Of a DNA stretch of 64,000 nt, positions 1 through 13,529 are shown in pieces (the stretch's first letter is position 1; each line of letters begins with the position of its first letter). The notes below the pieces were generated by a model. That model saw nothing but the letters and a program-made list of their open reading frames with translations. It ran no database searches and was not told the origin of the DNA. The translations under genes were made by a program, and so were the position numbers. This DNA is from Octopus sinensis. Taxonomy: Eukaryota. Location of the stretch: positions 58,156,001 through 58,220,000 of the forward strand of contig NC_043006.1 of the NCBI RefSeq assembly GCF_006345805.1, written 5' to 3'.

Positions 1-39
1 TCAGCACGATAACTGCCCTACCATACATACATACATACA

Positions 40-72
<33 letters not shown>

Positions 73-151
73 GCATGCATACATACATAATTCAAATTTA
101 CAGAAAATAAAAGACGAAGGCAGGTGTAGGAACAACCAGCAGATATATATA

Positions 152-994
152 TACAAGAGTGAGTGAAATGTAAGTAGCCTTTAAAAATTGGTAATAAAAT
201 CCATATTCTTTTTACAGATTTATTGAAACAAATGATACATGTTCTTTATTACATGGGGAAATGAAAGTAAATCTTCATATTTCAACCGGTGGTGTCAAGC
301 AGCTCCCTCAAACGGCCGGGGATGGAATGAACAACCTTTTGAATGACGTCGTCTGGGATATCATTGAAAACCTCCTCCATCAGTGTCTCCAAGTCCTCCA
401 GTGTGCGAAGTCTTGTCTTGTGCACCTCTTTTGTGTAAAAATCACATGGAGTGAAATCTGGACTTCTTGGAGTTCTGGACTTCTTCACTAACAGTCTTCG
501 GGCTTTAACTCCTGCACATAATGGGGTTTCTACGGACGAAAATTCAATTCTTTATGCCACACCATACGTATTGAGTGTCATGTTAGTCCACTTTCACTAG
601 CTGCTTGACGTTGATTTAATCGCAGGCTGCGATTAAACATTTCCTACACTGATGCCACTTTTTTTTGCATTGTTCACAGAGCTCGTGGTCATCAGTTTTG
701 TACGACAAATTTTTATTGTGTCCGGACGTAGTGTTACATACTTACCTTTCCATGCACGCCATCATCTCTGAACCAAAACAATGGAATTCCACATTTCATA
801 GCGTGCTGCTATCTTAGGTCACTCCTAAATATTCAAGCGACCGGCCATCTGGAAAATAAGAAATACGACAATAAGAAAATAAGAAATCCCCATTAGTGTT
901 GTCTGTTTTTAAAAAAAGGTTTGCGTCATGACTTCAATGATACTAAAAATTCTATAAGCAATTTCTAATGCCTAGTTACTTTCCACCCACCCTG

Positions 995-996
<2 letters not shown>
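152..996 (-). mobile_element. Internally deleted Tc1/mariner-superfamily DNA transposon
   Basis: Minus-strand transposase C-terminus RSPDFTPCDFY...IPDDVIQKVVHSIPGRL; right TIR caccctgta with a degenerate left TIR tacaagagtgagtg; TA flanks. Confidence 0.7.
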
Positions 997-1035
<39 letters not shown>

Positions 1036-1439
1036 ACATATTAGGTATTGAAGCCATCCTCACCAAAATACAGCTTAGATGATCTCACGTACGATTGATA
1101 TCAGAATTTCGAAGCGACTTCTCTTTCGCCAATTCGCAATAGAAAGGTCAGTTGGAAGGCTACTCTTGCGCTACAGAGACAAACTAAAAGAAAATCTGAA
1201 GTGATGCAACACTCCGTTTGCCTCAAACAACCAAATGTTGAACAGTTATATAATAATAATAATAATATCAAAATTAAAAGAAGAGTGCCAATGTCATCTA
1301 GTAAACGATATTTCGATATTTTGTGTGTCTTCAATTGGTTCAAAAAGTAATTTTGTCAATCTACTTCATTTTAGTTAATATATAAAGGATTGAGGTAACT
1401 CCTCCAGAAGATATAGAGTCAAAATTGAAAGAAGAGTGC

Positions 1440-1790
1440 CATTGTTATCTAGTGAACTATATTTCGACATGGCACATTTATTGACTGGAATACTTGCAGA
1501 GTCAATGTACGAACATCTGGGGAGTTAAGCAGTTGTGGTCGATGAAAAAAGTGGTAGTGGTACCAATAATTATCGGAGTCCTGGGAACAGTGAGTAAAAA
1601 TTTTGAGAAGTACATAGAACAAATAGGGGCTGCAATAAGGGTGGAGCACTTGCAAAAAACAGCACTGCTTAGAACCGCTCGAATACTCTGGAATGTGCTC
1701 GAAAAATAAGAGGTGTTACATTAGTTCACTGGCAGTCAACAGCTGACACCGTAGTGCATCTCCAGCGTTAGAAGCTGTACAAAGGCAATA
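1440..1790 (+). mobile_element. 3' fragment of RLE-type (R4/Dong-like) LINE with (TAA)n tail
   Basis: VVPIIIGVLGTVSKNFEKY...LQKTALLRTARILWNVLEK* then a short UTR and (TAA)n 1789-1858. Confidence 0.75.
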
Positions 1791-1802
1791 ATAATAATAA
1801 TG

Positions 1803-1859
<57 letters not shown>

Positions 1860-1860
<1 letters not shown>

Positions 1861-2030
1861 TTTTCTTATGGTTTCTTAAACATTCTCTAGAACATTATGT
1901 ACAAAACCAAATATATGGCACCCTATGCATAACACCAACATGAACTTCCAACTTGTCTCTTGAGGTCTCTGGGTGAGACTTGGAGCCAACACGTACAAAT
2001 GTAAAGCAAAAGTCAAACATAAAATACTAA
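1860..2030 (+). mobile_element. Short 3'-terminal LINE fragment ending in TAA repeats
   Basis: Lies between TAA tracts; UTR-like end (gaggtctctgggtgagacttgg...aaaatac-taataat) resembles the other RLE LINE ends. Confidence 0.4.
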
Positions 2031-2057
2031 TAATAATATTATTATTATTATCATTAT

Positions 2058-3811
2058 GATAGGGATGGCCATTTTACAGCTCCCCCCCCCCCCCGCCGCA
2101 AAAAAATCTGTAAGCCTTTTCTATTACTTTCTGTGTTTGCTAAAACTTTGAGATATTTATAGGAACTGACTTGGGCTTCATCTTTACCATAAAGTTTCAG
2201 GTCATCCATGAATAACAAATGGTTGACTTTTTGTTGGCGGCTTTTGAATACATACCCAGCTTTTGCTTTCCTCAGAATCAGTGTTAGTGGTATCAATCAC
2301 TGTACAAAGATCAGTGGGGAGAGGCGGCCCCATTGGAGGATGCCCCTCCTGATTTCTACTGTCCCTAATTTTCTTCCGTATGCTATCAAGTCCGTCCTCC
2401 AATTCGCCATACTTTTTCCGAGCAATCGCTCAACATTCAATAAAATACCAAATAGGTTCATAAACTCCATAATCCAAGACTGTGGGCCTTCCAGGCGCTC
2501 ATTTTCTTGCTGATTTCCTTCACTTCCCCAACTGAAATGACTATTTCTGCTTGTTTGAGGCAGACTACTGTTTGTTTCAATTCTTGCAACTATTCAGCAT
2601 CCTTCTTCTGCTCTTTGTCTTTGCTCCAAATGTCACTCCAAAACTTTGACTTTCATTGTTATCTGGTATCAACTTTTCATCAGTACACTCTCCATTTATT
2701 TCTTTATAGAATCTCTTCTGATCTACTCTAAATTACCTATTCTGGTGGTAACACTTCATTCTTTGGTCGTATCTTACCTTCTTTGCTTTCTTTGCAACGA
2801 GGCGCTGTTTCAGTTCTTCCATTACCACTTTCAGGCCTTTCTTTTCAATATTATACTTCCTTTTCAGCGCCCTGTATTTTTGTTCACTTTGAAGCTGCCC
2901 TTTCTCTTTTCGGTCTAACATGGAAATTTCCTTCGAGAGCATATCTAACCTTGATTGTATTCATCTTTTCCACCATGGATCTTTTCTTTTGTCACTTCCA
3001 TTATATTTCTTTTTCTTGACATCAACACCCACCTTTTCTGCTGCAACAATACTTGCTACCTTAATCAAATTATTTGTTTCTGGGATGTTGTTTGTTCTGA
3101 TGTATTTCAGAATTTCATTGCCATTTTTCGTTTCTTGATTCAATTTCCATCGATCAACCTTTATTAAGTCGTAGATTGCCTTTTGTTCATCTGTCATGTC
3201 GCCATTAGTTTTATTGTCTTCTTTTAGATCATCTATATGTCGCTCATCAAGTAAACTATCACTGCTCCTTTCCTGTGATTTGAGATTACTTCTATTAGTA
3301 AAAACTGTATTTTCATCGTTATCTCTACTGCTATTTTGCAAGACCCGTTTTTTGATGGCTTCGAACCAACGATTTTTTCTTATTGCTCTAGCTTGATCAT
3401 ATAGTCTCTGTTCTGTGAGTTGAAACAACCCCACTTCCCTCCAATGATCATATATACGTTTTCGGTAACCCTTAATTTGAGCACCACTTTCATCTACCGG
3501 GTTGCTCAGGTGGTAACACTCCACGACCACAGCATTAATTTGCTTGCCCCATCTACGCCGTGTGTTGTGGTCCCTTTCTGGATATCAACAGGCTGGAGCT
3601 GGACCAGAATCTCTGAGCCTGCCGGGTGCAACAATATGACACCATCAATGGCTTCAGTTTCATTACCACCGTTGTTCACAATATTTTGTTTATTCATTGT
3701 CACATATATGAGGTAGCGATTATCAGGTTGCATAATTACCAGTGCTTTTATTGTGGATCATCACTGGATGTATCATTAATCAGGACATGGAGAGGCTTCA
3801 TCCGCTTCCTT

Positions 3812-3812
<1 letters not shown>
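2058..3812 (-). mobile_element. Degenerate, internally deleted RLE-type LINE (N-terminal domain plus part of RT)
   Basis: TEQRLYDQARAIRKNRWF N-terminal motif, DPWWKR, KVRYDQR, NHLLFMDDLKLYGK; (ATT)n at both ends. Confidence 0.8.
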
Positions 3813-3843
<31 letters not shown>

Positions 3844-4642
3844 GTTATTATTATTATCACTGATATCAGATATTATTGTTTTTATTTTTTATTATTTGTC
3901 ATTGTTATATTAACAAACTCAAAGGTTACACAGGCCTATGTAGGACAACAGGGGTGGCACGAATTTCCAGCACTGTTCACACGGACAGCCGCATGGGAAA
4001 TTACACAACTTGATCTGGCCTTCCTCGGCGATGTTCTGTCATGCTGAACGACTTTCCAGAGAGTCCATTGCTCACTAGTAATCTTCTTCGGTGAACAGGC
4101 TCTTCTTCAGTCTTCTATCACCGCTGTTGTAATTGTTGTATCTGTGTAGTAGCAGCAGTGGTACCAGCAGAAGCAACAGTAGTAGGTTGGGGGTAGTGGT
4201 AGTAGTGGTAGTAGTAGTAGTTGGGCCTCAGATTCCTGTACTATCAGAATAGTAGTAGTCGTAGTATTAGCAGCTGCAGCATATTATCATTATTTTTATC
4301 GTTATCACCATCACCATTACTACTATTGTTATTATCATTATTACTATTTCCATTTATTATTGAAAGATTTTATTAAATGTTCTTTATTTTCAACTTTTGT
4401 CTTGTACTTGAGATAATCGTAAATACGTGGTTGGGGAAACAGTTGGTAAATACATCAAATTCTACAGGTCTATAAATAGATTCGGCAGATGCTGGGGAGA
4501 TCAGTCATAGAGACAAAAGAATCTTCGCACCCTTTAGGTCAGCAGGGGTCGAATGTGTTTACTACTACCAGCGACCACTGAGAGCTCTGCCCTTGGCCTT
4601 GAAAAGAAGCAATTCAACCTGTTCTATTTGTAATTACTGGTA

Positions 4643-4721
<79 letters not shown>

Positions 4722-4779
4722 CACTGATATTCACGTCGTTGAATTTTTGAATTTCTGAATTGAATTGTGTTGTTGCAAT

Positions 4780-5215
4780 AAGAGGTATGTTTACATATTT
4801 GGGTAGTCAGAGATAAGTTTCATACAAAATTTAACATATTAAAGTTTTAATGTTTTCTTGAGATGTTCGTTTGTCTGTCCAGTTGGAGAATACAGTAGTA
4901 TTTTTGCAATGAAAAGGATGTTTACATTTTCGAATACTCAGGGAGAAAGGAAAGGAAAGAAAAGGAAGGTAAAATTTCCACAGAAAATTATTTTAAAATT
5001 TACTGGAGATGATCTTTTGTCTGTCCGAACAGAGAAATTTGTAGTGTTCTTGGAATAAAGAGGATGTTTACATTTTCGTATACATAGGGAGAAAGGAAAG
5101 GATAGGTAATCACAGAAATTGTAGATATTAAAGGTTTTAAAGTAGATATGTAAGTTTCTTGACTTATTTTGAGGGAAATTCAAAATACTCACAAGAAATT
5201 GTAGATATTCCAGTC
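4780..5215 (+). repeat. Degenerate ~130-140-bp tandem repeat (further unit near 5870-5990)
   Basis: Recurring gatgtttaca(t)tttcg...agggagaaaggaaagg motif. Confidence 0.55.
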
Positions 5216-5313
5216 TTTGAGAGTTATTTTTCAGTTGTCCTGCTGGGTTGTATTAGTGTTTCTGTGTCTTCAGCTGCTGACACGTCAGAGCAGTGAAGAA
5301 TACGTCCAGTCGC

Positions 5314-5390
<77 letters not shown>

Positions 5391-5393
5391 ATT

Positions 5394-5808
5394 GAGTAAG
5401 AGAGCAGCGCATGCCATCAAAGTGACACTGGGGTAAAAATATACGAAACCCAGTATACCCAGCATGACTACCCATCTGATAAGGTTACACTAGGCAGATG
5501 CATCACAACCATATGTGCATGACTTGGTGATCTCATATCAAGATAAACAGCACATGGCCTTGCAGGTGGGGCCCAGATAGAATTTTATTCTGGTCGAGTA
5601 ACCCATCCCGCTCAAAAGCTCCCTGAATAAGGGTTGTTTAAGGATGTTGAACAGAACACCAAAAGAATTCTTCTCGACACATAGCTATGATGCTCCCCCA
5701 CTACTTCTGCTCGTGATCAGAGATGCACATATCGTCAGCCTCCAAGGGACATGCTCAACTGGTTATGGTCAAACAACTGACAAGCAAATCTGTGGTATTG
5801 AGCAGAAT
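5394..5808 (-). mobile_element. TAA-embedded element (partial, reverse)
   Basis: (att)n-gagtaagagagcagc... reverse-complement body. Confidence 0.75.
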
Positions 5809-6051
5809 GTTGTTGTTGTTGTTGTTGTTGTTAAGGTGGTGAGCTGGCAGAATCGTTGTGTGTTCTAAAGCTTGTTTACATATTCGAATAGTCAAGGAAA
5901 AAGGAAAGATAAAATGTTCACACAAAATTGGAGATATTAAAGTTTCTAATTTTTTTTAGATTTTCGTTTGTATGTCCTTAGCAAGAACAACAACAACAAC
6001 AAAAACAACAACAACAACAACAGAATCATTGTTGTTGTCGTTGTTGTTGTT

Positions 6052-6266
6052 AAGGTGGCGAGCTGGCAGAATCGTTAGCACGCCGGCAAAATGCTTCGCG
6101 CTATTTCGCCTGTCCTTACGTTCTGAGTTCAAATTCCGCCGAGGTTAACTTTGCCTTTCATCCTTTCGGGGTCGATGAAATAAAAACCAGTGAAACACTG
6201 AGGTCGATGTAATCGACTACCCGCTCTCTCGAAATTTCAGGCCTTGTGCCTATAGTAGAAAGGATT
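6052..6266 (+). mobile_element. SINE family A
   Basis: Same head and body as 17479-17706; another degenerate copy at ~6884-7066. Confidence 0.75.
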
Positions 6267-6278
6267 ATTATTATTATT

Positions 6279-6819
6279 GAGTGAGAGAGAAGTGCTTGCC
6301 ATCAAAGTGACACTATACGAAGCCCGGTATACCCATCATGACTATCCGTCTGATAAGGGTACACTAGGCACATGCATCACAAGTATACCACACAACCATA
6401 TGTGCGCGACATAGTGATCGTATATCAAGATAAACAGTGCATGACCTTGCAGGTGGGGCTCAGTTAGAATTTTCTTCAGGTCGAGTTGCTCATCCCGCTC
6501 TAAAGGTCTCTCAATAAGGGTTGTTCAAGGATGATGAACAAACCCCCATGTTTCTAAAGGTGAATTATCCAAACCCCAAAGAATTCCTCTCAACATATGG
6601 TTATGATGCTCCCTCACTACTTCTGCTCGTGATCAGAGATGCACATATCGTCAGCCACTAAGGGACATGCTCAGCTGGTTACGGTCAAACAACTGACACG
6701 CAAATCTGTAGTACTGAGCAGAATATTTGCTGTAGCTCATCTTTTATACCAAGACAAAACAATGTACATGATAACACTTCCAATCAGTTAAGATCAGAAG
6801 CCATGAGGGCCATCAGGGC

Positions 6820-6821
<2 letters not shown>
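6279..6821 (-). mobile_element. TAA-embedded element (near-full, reverse)
   Basis: (att)n-gagtgagagaga...cagggcat-(tta)n. Confidence 0.8.
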
Positions 6822-6880
<59 letters not shown>

Positions 6881-7336
6881 TAAAGCAGCGAGCTGGCTGA
6901 ATTGTTAGCACGCCGGGTAAAATTCTGGTTTCAAATCCCGCCGAAGTCGACTTTGCTTTCATTCTTTCGAGGTCAATAAATTAAGTATTAGTGAAATACT
7001 AGGGTCGATGTAGTCGTCTAGTCCCTCCAACCAAATAGCAGGCTGTGTATCTTTAGTAGAAAGGATTATTATTTTGTTGTATCTGTGGAGAGTCATACTG
7101 CCGTAACATCGAGCATCAGTTTTAAATTTTACAACTGGCAAAAAAATAATTAAAGGAAAAAAAGAAGGAGGAAGAAGTAGATTGAGATGACTGTATCACT
7201 TTTCATTTTGAACTCGACGAAGACAGGCAAGTTGACGAGATATTGTTCAAACTAATAAAATATTTATTGTAATCGCATCGCCTTCTTAGTATTGTCTATT
7301 TATCTTCGTGAAGAGTTATGTTAATCCTTTTACAAG

Positions 7337-7384
<48 letters not shown>

Positions 7385-7410
7385 TAATAATAATATAATA
7401 ATAATAATAA

Positions 7411-10100
7411 GTACAAAGGATCCGCCGGTATGAGAAACGCCAACATTTCTTTGAACAAAACAAACAGTTCAACTCCAACCTCAAAAAGTTCTACCAAGAA
7501 CTTGGCAAAGTAAAATAGACATCACTGCAGCGCCAACGGCAGAAGTGAAAGAATTTTGGAAAGACATATGGTCGGCGAATGAACAACCACAGAAAAGGAC
7601 TATTAAAACTACAAACTTAGCACCTGAGCAACTCTGGACTACCATAACAACTGAAGAGGTCACCCAGGCACAGAAAAGACTAAGCAACTGGAAGGCACCT
7701 GGGCATGACAAGATATCCAACTTCTGGTTAAAACATCTGACAGGAATACACAAAAAGCTGGCTGAAGACTTTAACAACATACTGGCAGAGCCAGAGACAA
7801 TGCCTGATGGATCACGAAGTGGAAAACCATCCTAATTCCCAAATCCAATAAAACGGCAAAACCACAAAACTACAGACCTATAACCTGTCTCCCTACAATA
7901 TACAAAGCCTTTACTGCAGTAATATCGCAAAGATTGAACAAGCATCTGAAAAAAAACACCTGTTTCCAGAAGAGCTGAAAGGATGCTGCAAGGGCTCATA
8001 TGACTGTAAAGATCAACTAATGATCAATAAAGCCATAACTGAAGACAGCCGCAGAAAGAAGAAAGGCCTCAGTATGGCCTGAATCGACTACCGAAAGGCT
8101 TTTGATAGTATTCTCCACACGTGGATCCTCGAAACACTAGCCATTAACAAGGTAGCACCAATAATTATAAAATACATAAGACAGTGCTACAGCTCCAAAC
8201 AAAAGAGGGACTCGTGAAAACCAAAGCCATCCCCATTAGAAGGGGAATATTCCAGGGAGACACGCTCTCTCCACTCCTTTTCTGCTTGGCACTGACACCT
8301 CTATCTGATAAGCTAAATAGAACTGGATGCGGATACAAATGTTACTGCAAAACAATCAGCCACCTTTTATATATGGATGACCTAAAACTATACGCTACAA
8401 ATGACAAACAGCTGGAAACACTACTACAGACAGTTCATGGATTTACCAAAGAAATATATATGAAATTTGGATTAGAAAAATGCGCCAAAGTAACCCTGAA
8501 AAGAGGAAAACTAGTTAATAGTAGCAACATCACGCTAGATAAAGCCAATGAAATAAGAGAATTAGACCAAAGCCAAACTTACAAATATTTAGGAATCCAT
8601 GAACTAGATAAGACACAACGCACACAAATGAAAGAGAAAATAAAGAAAGAATACTATAGACGAGTTAGATCAATAGTAAAAGCAGAGCTCAATACTAAAA
8701 ACAAGATAATAAGTATTAACGCTTTAGCCGTCCCAGTTATAAGTTATTGCTACAATATCCTTAACTGGACACTAAATGAACTAACCAAAATAGACAGGAA
8801 AACAAGAAAAATAATGACAGGATCTCGGATGCACCACCCAAAATCTGACATAGAAAGGCTATATATACGACATATAGAAGTTATTGGAGGCCTTATACAG
8901 CTGGAAAACTATTATAAAATAACCACCATAGGATTGCAAAAATATCTACTCCAGAAGCAAGGAAAACTGATACAAATAGCGGCAAAACACAAGCAAAACA
9001 AAAAACTGTTCTCAGTATTTAAGGAAGCTGAAAATACAAACAAGAAATCATACTACCTAACAAATATGAAGAAGAAGAAGAAGAAGAAGAAGAGAAGAAG
9101 AAGAAGAAGAAGAAGAAGAAGAAGAAGAAGAAGAAGAAGAAGAAGAAGAAGAAGAAGAAGAAGAAGAAACAACAACAAAAGCTATAAAACAAATGAAATC
9201 CAAACTAAAGCTAGAACAGCAACGGACTCTGATAAAACGATAGCAAGAAAAGCCCCTTCATGGCAAATACTGGACTAAACTAAATGCAAAAGAAATAGAC
9301 AGAGAAGAATCCTAGCAATAGTTGAGAAGCTCAGGACTCAAAGCAGAGACGGAGGGATTTTTAATTGCAACACAAGACGAAAGCCTCCCCACCAGAAATT
9401 AACAAAAACATATAATGAAAAAAAACATAAGTAAGTGCAGAATATGTAGAGATGGACAAGAAACAATAAATCATATTATCTCTGGCTGCCCAGTCCTGGC
9501 TAAGAAGGAATATATTCACAGACACGACATAGTTGGGACCTACATACACTGGAAGCTATGCCAACACTAAGGAATAACAACAGAAAAAAGGTGGGATAGG
9601 CACACACCAGAAAAGGTCGCGGAAAACGAGAAAGCAACCATACTCTGGGATATGCCAATACACACAGATAGAGAAATTAATGCCAATAGGCCAGATATAG
9701 TTGTCAGAGATCATGAAGAAAAAAATTGCTTTCTAATTGATGTATCAATAGCAGCAGTGACAACGTGTCTCTAAAAGAAATGGAAAAATTTTCAAAATAC
9801 AAGGACCTGGAAATAGAGGTAACTCGAATGTGGAATCTAAAATCAGAAACAATTCCTATCATAGTAGGCGCATTAGGTATGATAAAAAATATTCAGAGAA
9901 ATACCTAACAAAAACACCAGGACTTACAAATATATATAACATACAGAAAGTTGCACTACTGGGCACTGCACACATCCAACGCAAAACACTTTCAATACAG
10001 TAACCATCAGAGCATCACAACAAATCACAGCACATACCCAAGGCACACAGAGCTCTGCTCGGTAGTGAAGTGAAAGTACGCAATAAAAATAAAACTACTG
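7411..10100 (+). mobile_element. 5'-truncated RLE-type (R4/Dong-like) LINE: RT, CCHC knuckle remnant and PD-(D/E)xK endonuclease, frameshifted
   Basis: WKAPGHDKISNFWLK, NYRPITCL, GIFQGDTLSPLLF, LLYMDDLKLY, YKYLGI, HIISGCPVLA, RPDIVV...LIDVS, IPIIVGALG; flanked by (TAA)n on both sides; (AGA)n expansion at 9066-9168. Confidence 0.9.
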
Positions 10101-10147
10101 AATAATAATAACAATAATAATAATAATATAAATAATAATAATAATAA

Positions 10148-10703
10148 ATGCCCTGATGCAGTACCAGGCACTGGCTCTCATAGCTTCTGATCTTAACTGA
10201 TTGGAGGTGTTATCATGTACATTGTTTTGTCTTGGTATAAAAGATGGGCTACAGCAAATATTCTGCTCAATACCACAGATTTGCTTGTCAGTTGCTTGAC
10301 CTTAACCAGTTGAGCATGTCCCTTAGTGGCTGACGATATGTGCATCTCTGATCACGAGCAGAAGTAGTGGGGGAGCATCATAGCCATGTGTTGAGAGGGA
10401 TTCTTTGGGGTTTGAATAATTCACCTCTGGAAACATGGGTGGTTCTTTCAACATCCTTAAACAACCCTTATTCAGGGACCCTTTGAGCGGGATGGACTAC
10501 TCAACCTGAAGAAAATTCTTACTGGGCCCCACCTGCAAGATCATGTGCTGTTTATCTTGATATGAGATCACCATGTCGCGCACATATGGTTGTGATGCAT
10601 GTACCTGGTGTACCCTTATCAGACGGGTAGTCATGATAGGTATATTGGGCTTCGTATATTTTACCCCAGTGTCACTTTAATGGCATGAATTGCTCTCTCA
10701 CTC
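10148..10703 (+). mobile_element. ~555-bp non-autonomous TAA-embedded element (full copy)
   Basis: (taa)n-atgccctgatgcagtacc...ctctctcactc-(aat)n; no ORF or TIR. Confidence 0.8.
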
Positions 10704-10736
<33 letters not shown>

Positions 10737-10789
10737 TTCTTTATTAACCACAAGGGTTTACATTAAGAAAGGCATGGACAGCATAGGAC

Positions 10790-12380
10790 GAAACAAAGAA
10801 TGAGTGTTGTGTGTGTTTTGAGGGGTTTGCGTGTAAACAAGACTAACAATTTCTTTATATTTTTAATTAAAAGATCAACAATGTGTAATCCTTATTAGGG
10901 AGGACACGTTCAAGGGATGCTCACAGAAAAACCCCATAAAAGCCATGGATACCCTAATTTTGGGGGCAAATGCCCTTTCTCCTTTCCTTTTCTTCCAACT
11001 ACAGGCGTATGATTAGGGCAGGCCTGTTCATCACACCATCTCGCTACTTTCATCCACCTTTCAGCAAACTGGCTGGAATACAATACTTCCCTCTCTACCC
11101 TTATTTTCTTTGTCAAGTGAAACTTGAAACAGAAACACACAGGTCAGCAATGCTTGGGAAATGGAGGAGTGCATGCAGAACCGTCTCGTCGTCCTGCGTG
11201 CATCTCAGACTTGCAACTGGCTGACAACACTTCCGTGCTTGAAAAGTATATCTCGAACAGGCAAAGCTCCCTGGTAGCACTGCCAGGCCAGAGATTTTGA
11301 AAATTATTCATCGGTCCCAGGCGAAAGTTCTCCGGAAAAGGGCGGCTAGTTGATCTTTGACGCCCAAGGTCTCCCCAAGAACGTCGTCGCACTTTCCCCT
11401 CCACTAATCCTCTATAAAAAGTTAAATGGACGTTCCACCTATCGCAGTGTCCGATTGGCTGAGGACTGGGAGCCCTTGAAGACATTCCACTTTCCAAATG
11501 CTCCCTATCAGTCTCTGTTTTACCCAGGACCGCAGCTCTGTTAAAGAAACTAGCTTCAGAAATACGTGTCTGGCGAACGGCGACCACGCCTGTTCACCGC
11601 CAAGAAAACACTGGAGATGTCGTAGCCTCAGGCGCATGTCTGCACATCATCAACCACGGCATACCCAGGCCACCACGCATCGGGTGTTGACATCAGATAG
11701 ACCGCCTGACCATCGGGATGTGTCCCTTCCGCAAGAAACGGAAGAGTATGCGCTCCAACATAATCAGAAGGTGACCGGGGTAAGGCACGACGGTCAACTG
11801 ATAGTAGATGACGGACGCGATATCTGCCCGAACTTTCAGATGTCAATGTGGATTGCAGCAATCCAGCCTCTGAATACAGGCCCGAAACCAGGTGGCTTGA
11901 GTACCACCGTCAGGTATAAATGGTTGAACTTCTCGAAAGCTTTAGACTGATCTGAATAGATCAGAGCCCCACCTGTGCCAGGTTCTTTACCCACTTTCTC
12001 AATGATATATCACATGAGGTGGAGATTGTCATGGATGGATCTTTTCGGGATGACGCATGTCATGTGCCTCCTCTCCCAGATCCTCGACGACAAGCACAAA
12101 CCCCGTAGCTAACACTTTGGCCAAAATTTTGAACTCTGCATTCAGCAGAGTTATGAGTCTAAAGTTGTCAATACAATCTCCCTTGTTCGGGTCTTTTCTC
12201 GGCAACGCCACCGATCCTCGGCTCACGAAACTGGAAATTCTCCCATTCTGTTGCAGTAAAGGTTTGCTAAGAGGTCGCCGAACAAGTCTGGCATGTAAGC
12301 GTAAAGCTCGTAGGGCAGACCATCCATACCAGGTGATTTGCCCAATAATAACAAGAAGAATAGCTCCGGGCTAAATAACA
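10790..12380 (-). mobile_element. Degenerate L1/Tx1-like LINE
   Basis: Minus strand KDPNKGDCIDNFRLITLLNAEFKILAKVLA (RT) and FRLGPMNNFQ..LAWQCY C-terminal region; GC-richer than its surroundings. Confidence 0.7.
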
Positions 12381-13117
12381 ACTTGGATGTACACTAAAAA
12401 GCTCTCTTCACAAAACAAACTGTGCAATGGAAGGAAAACTTCGCAATTCAATTGTGGTAAAAGTTCTGTTAAAGCAAAGGAACTAAAAATTCGGCAAGAT
12501 TTTGGTTATATAAAGTATAGTATCTTTTTTTAAATGCGTGGTATCTCAATGCAACATACGCAAGAAATCGAAACCAGCACGGGGAACCCTGGAAAAACAC
12601 ACCAATTACACAGTAAGTACGTAAATTGAATAATTACCTAAACATGCAACTATCTATGCATCCATGTGCACATGGTAATATTTATAAGCAGCATAAATAA
12701 TGCCTACACGACACACACGTTCACACAGAAAATAAAAGAAAAACACAAACAAAACAAAGCGACTTCCAACAAAATGGAGCAAATTAGTCACTCGGTTTAA
12801 AACATCACTAAACAGTTATGCTTGGAAACGTAGCTACAAAAAAATAATAAATAAAAAATAGAGGCGATTTTCTATCTATCAGCCTACGATATGACAAATA
12901 TATACATTCGAAGGACAAGGAAGCGGTGTCATGTCAAAAAAGTCAACCTTGAACAATCGGACCCGTCTCCTGTTGTCACCGTCAATGCTTTAATGACAAG
13001 CCAAAATTCATGCCGGATCGGTAATCACCCGGGTCAACAAGGACCGCATTACCCCGTGGAGAACCAAACTGGTGTTGAAAAGTCTGCTACTGGAACAAAT
13101 TAAAAAAAAAAATGATA

Positions 13118-13526
13118 GGCACAGAAGTGGCTGTGTGGTAAGTAGCTTGCTTACCAGCCACATGGTTCCGGGTTCAGTCCCACTGCGTGACATCTTGGGC
13201 AAGTGTCTTCTACTATAGCCTCGGGCCGGCCGAAGTCTTGTGAGTGGCCTTGGTAGACGGAAACTGAAAGAAGCCCGTCGTATATATGTATATATATGTG
13301 TGTGTATGTTTGTGTGTCCGTGTTTGTCCCCCTAGCATTGCTTGACAACCGATGCTGGTGTGTTTATGTCCCCGTAACCTAGCGGTTCGGCAAAAGAGAC
13401 CGATAGAATAAGCACTAGGCTTACAAAGAATAAGTCCTGGGGTTGATTTGCTCGACTAAAGGCGGTGCTCCAGCATGGCCGCAGGCAAGTGACTGAAACA
13501 AGTAAAAGAGTAAAAAAGAGTAAAGA
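13118..13526 (+). mobile_element. SINE family B (~400 bp)
   Basis: ggcacagaagtggctgtgtggtaag...gggttcagtccc head, internal (TA/TG)n, tail gaaacaagtaaaagagtaaaagag. Confidence 0.8.
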
Positions 13527-13529
13527 GAT

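Noticed and set aside
3900-4130. GC-richer segment that might be an exon of a second gene
   Set aside because: No frame gave a recognisable protein with convincing splice sites.
9066-9168. Poly-Lys/Arg segment in the 364-aa RT ORF
   Set aside because: (AGA)n microsatellite expansion in a dead LINE, not a protein feature.
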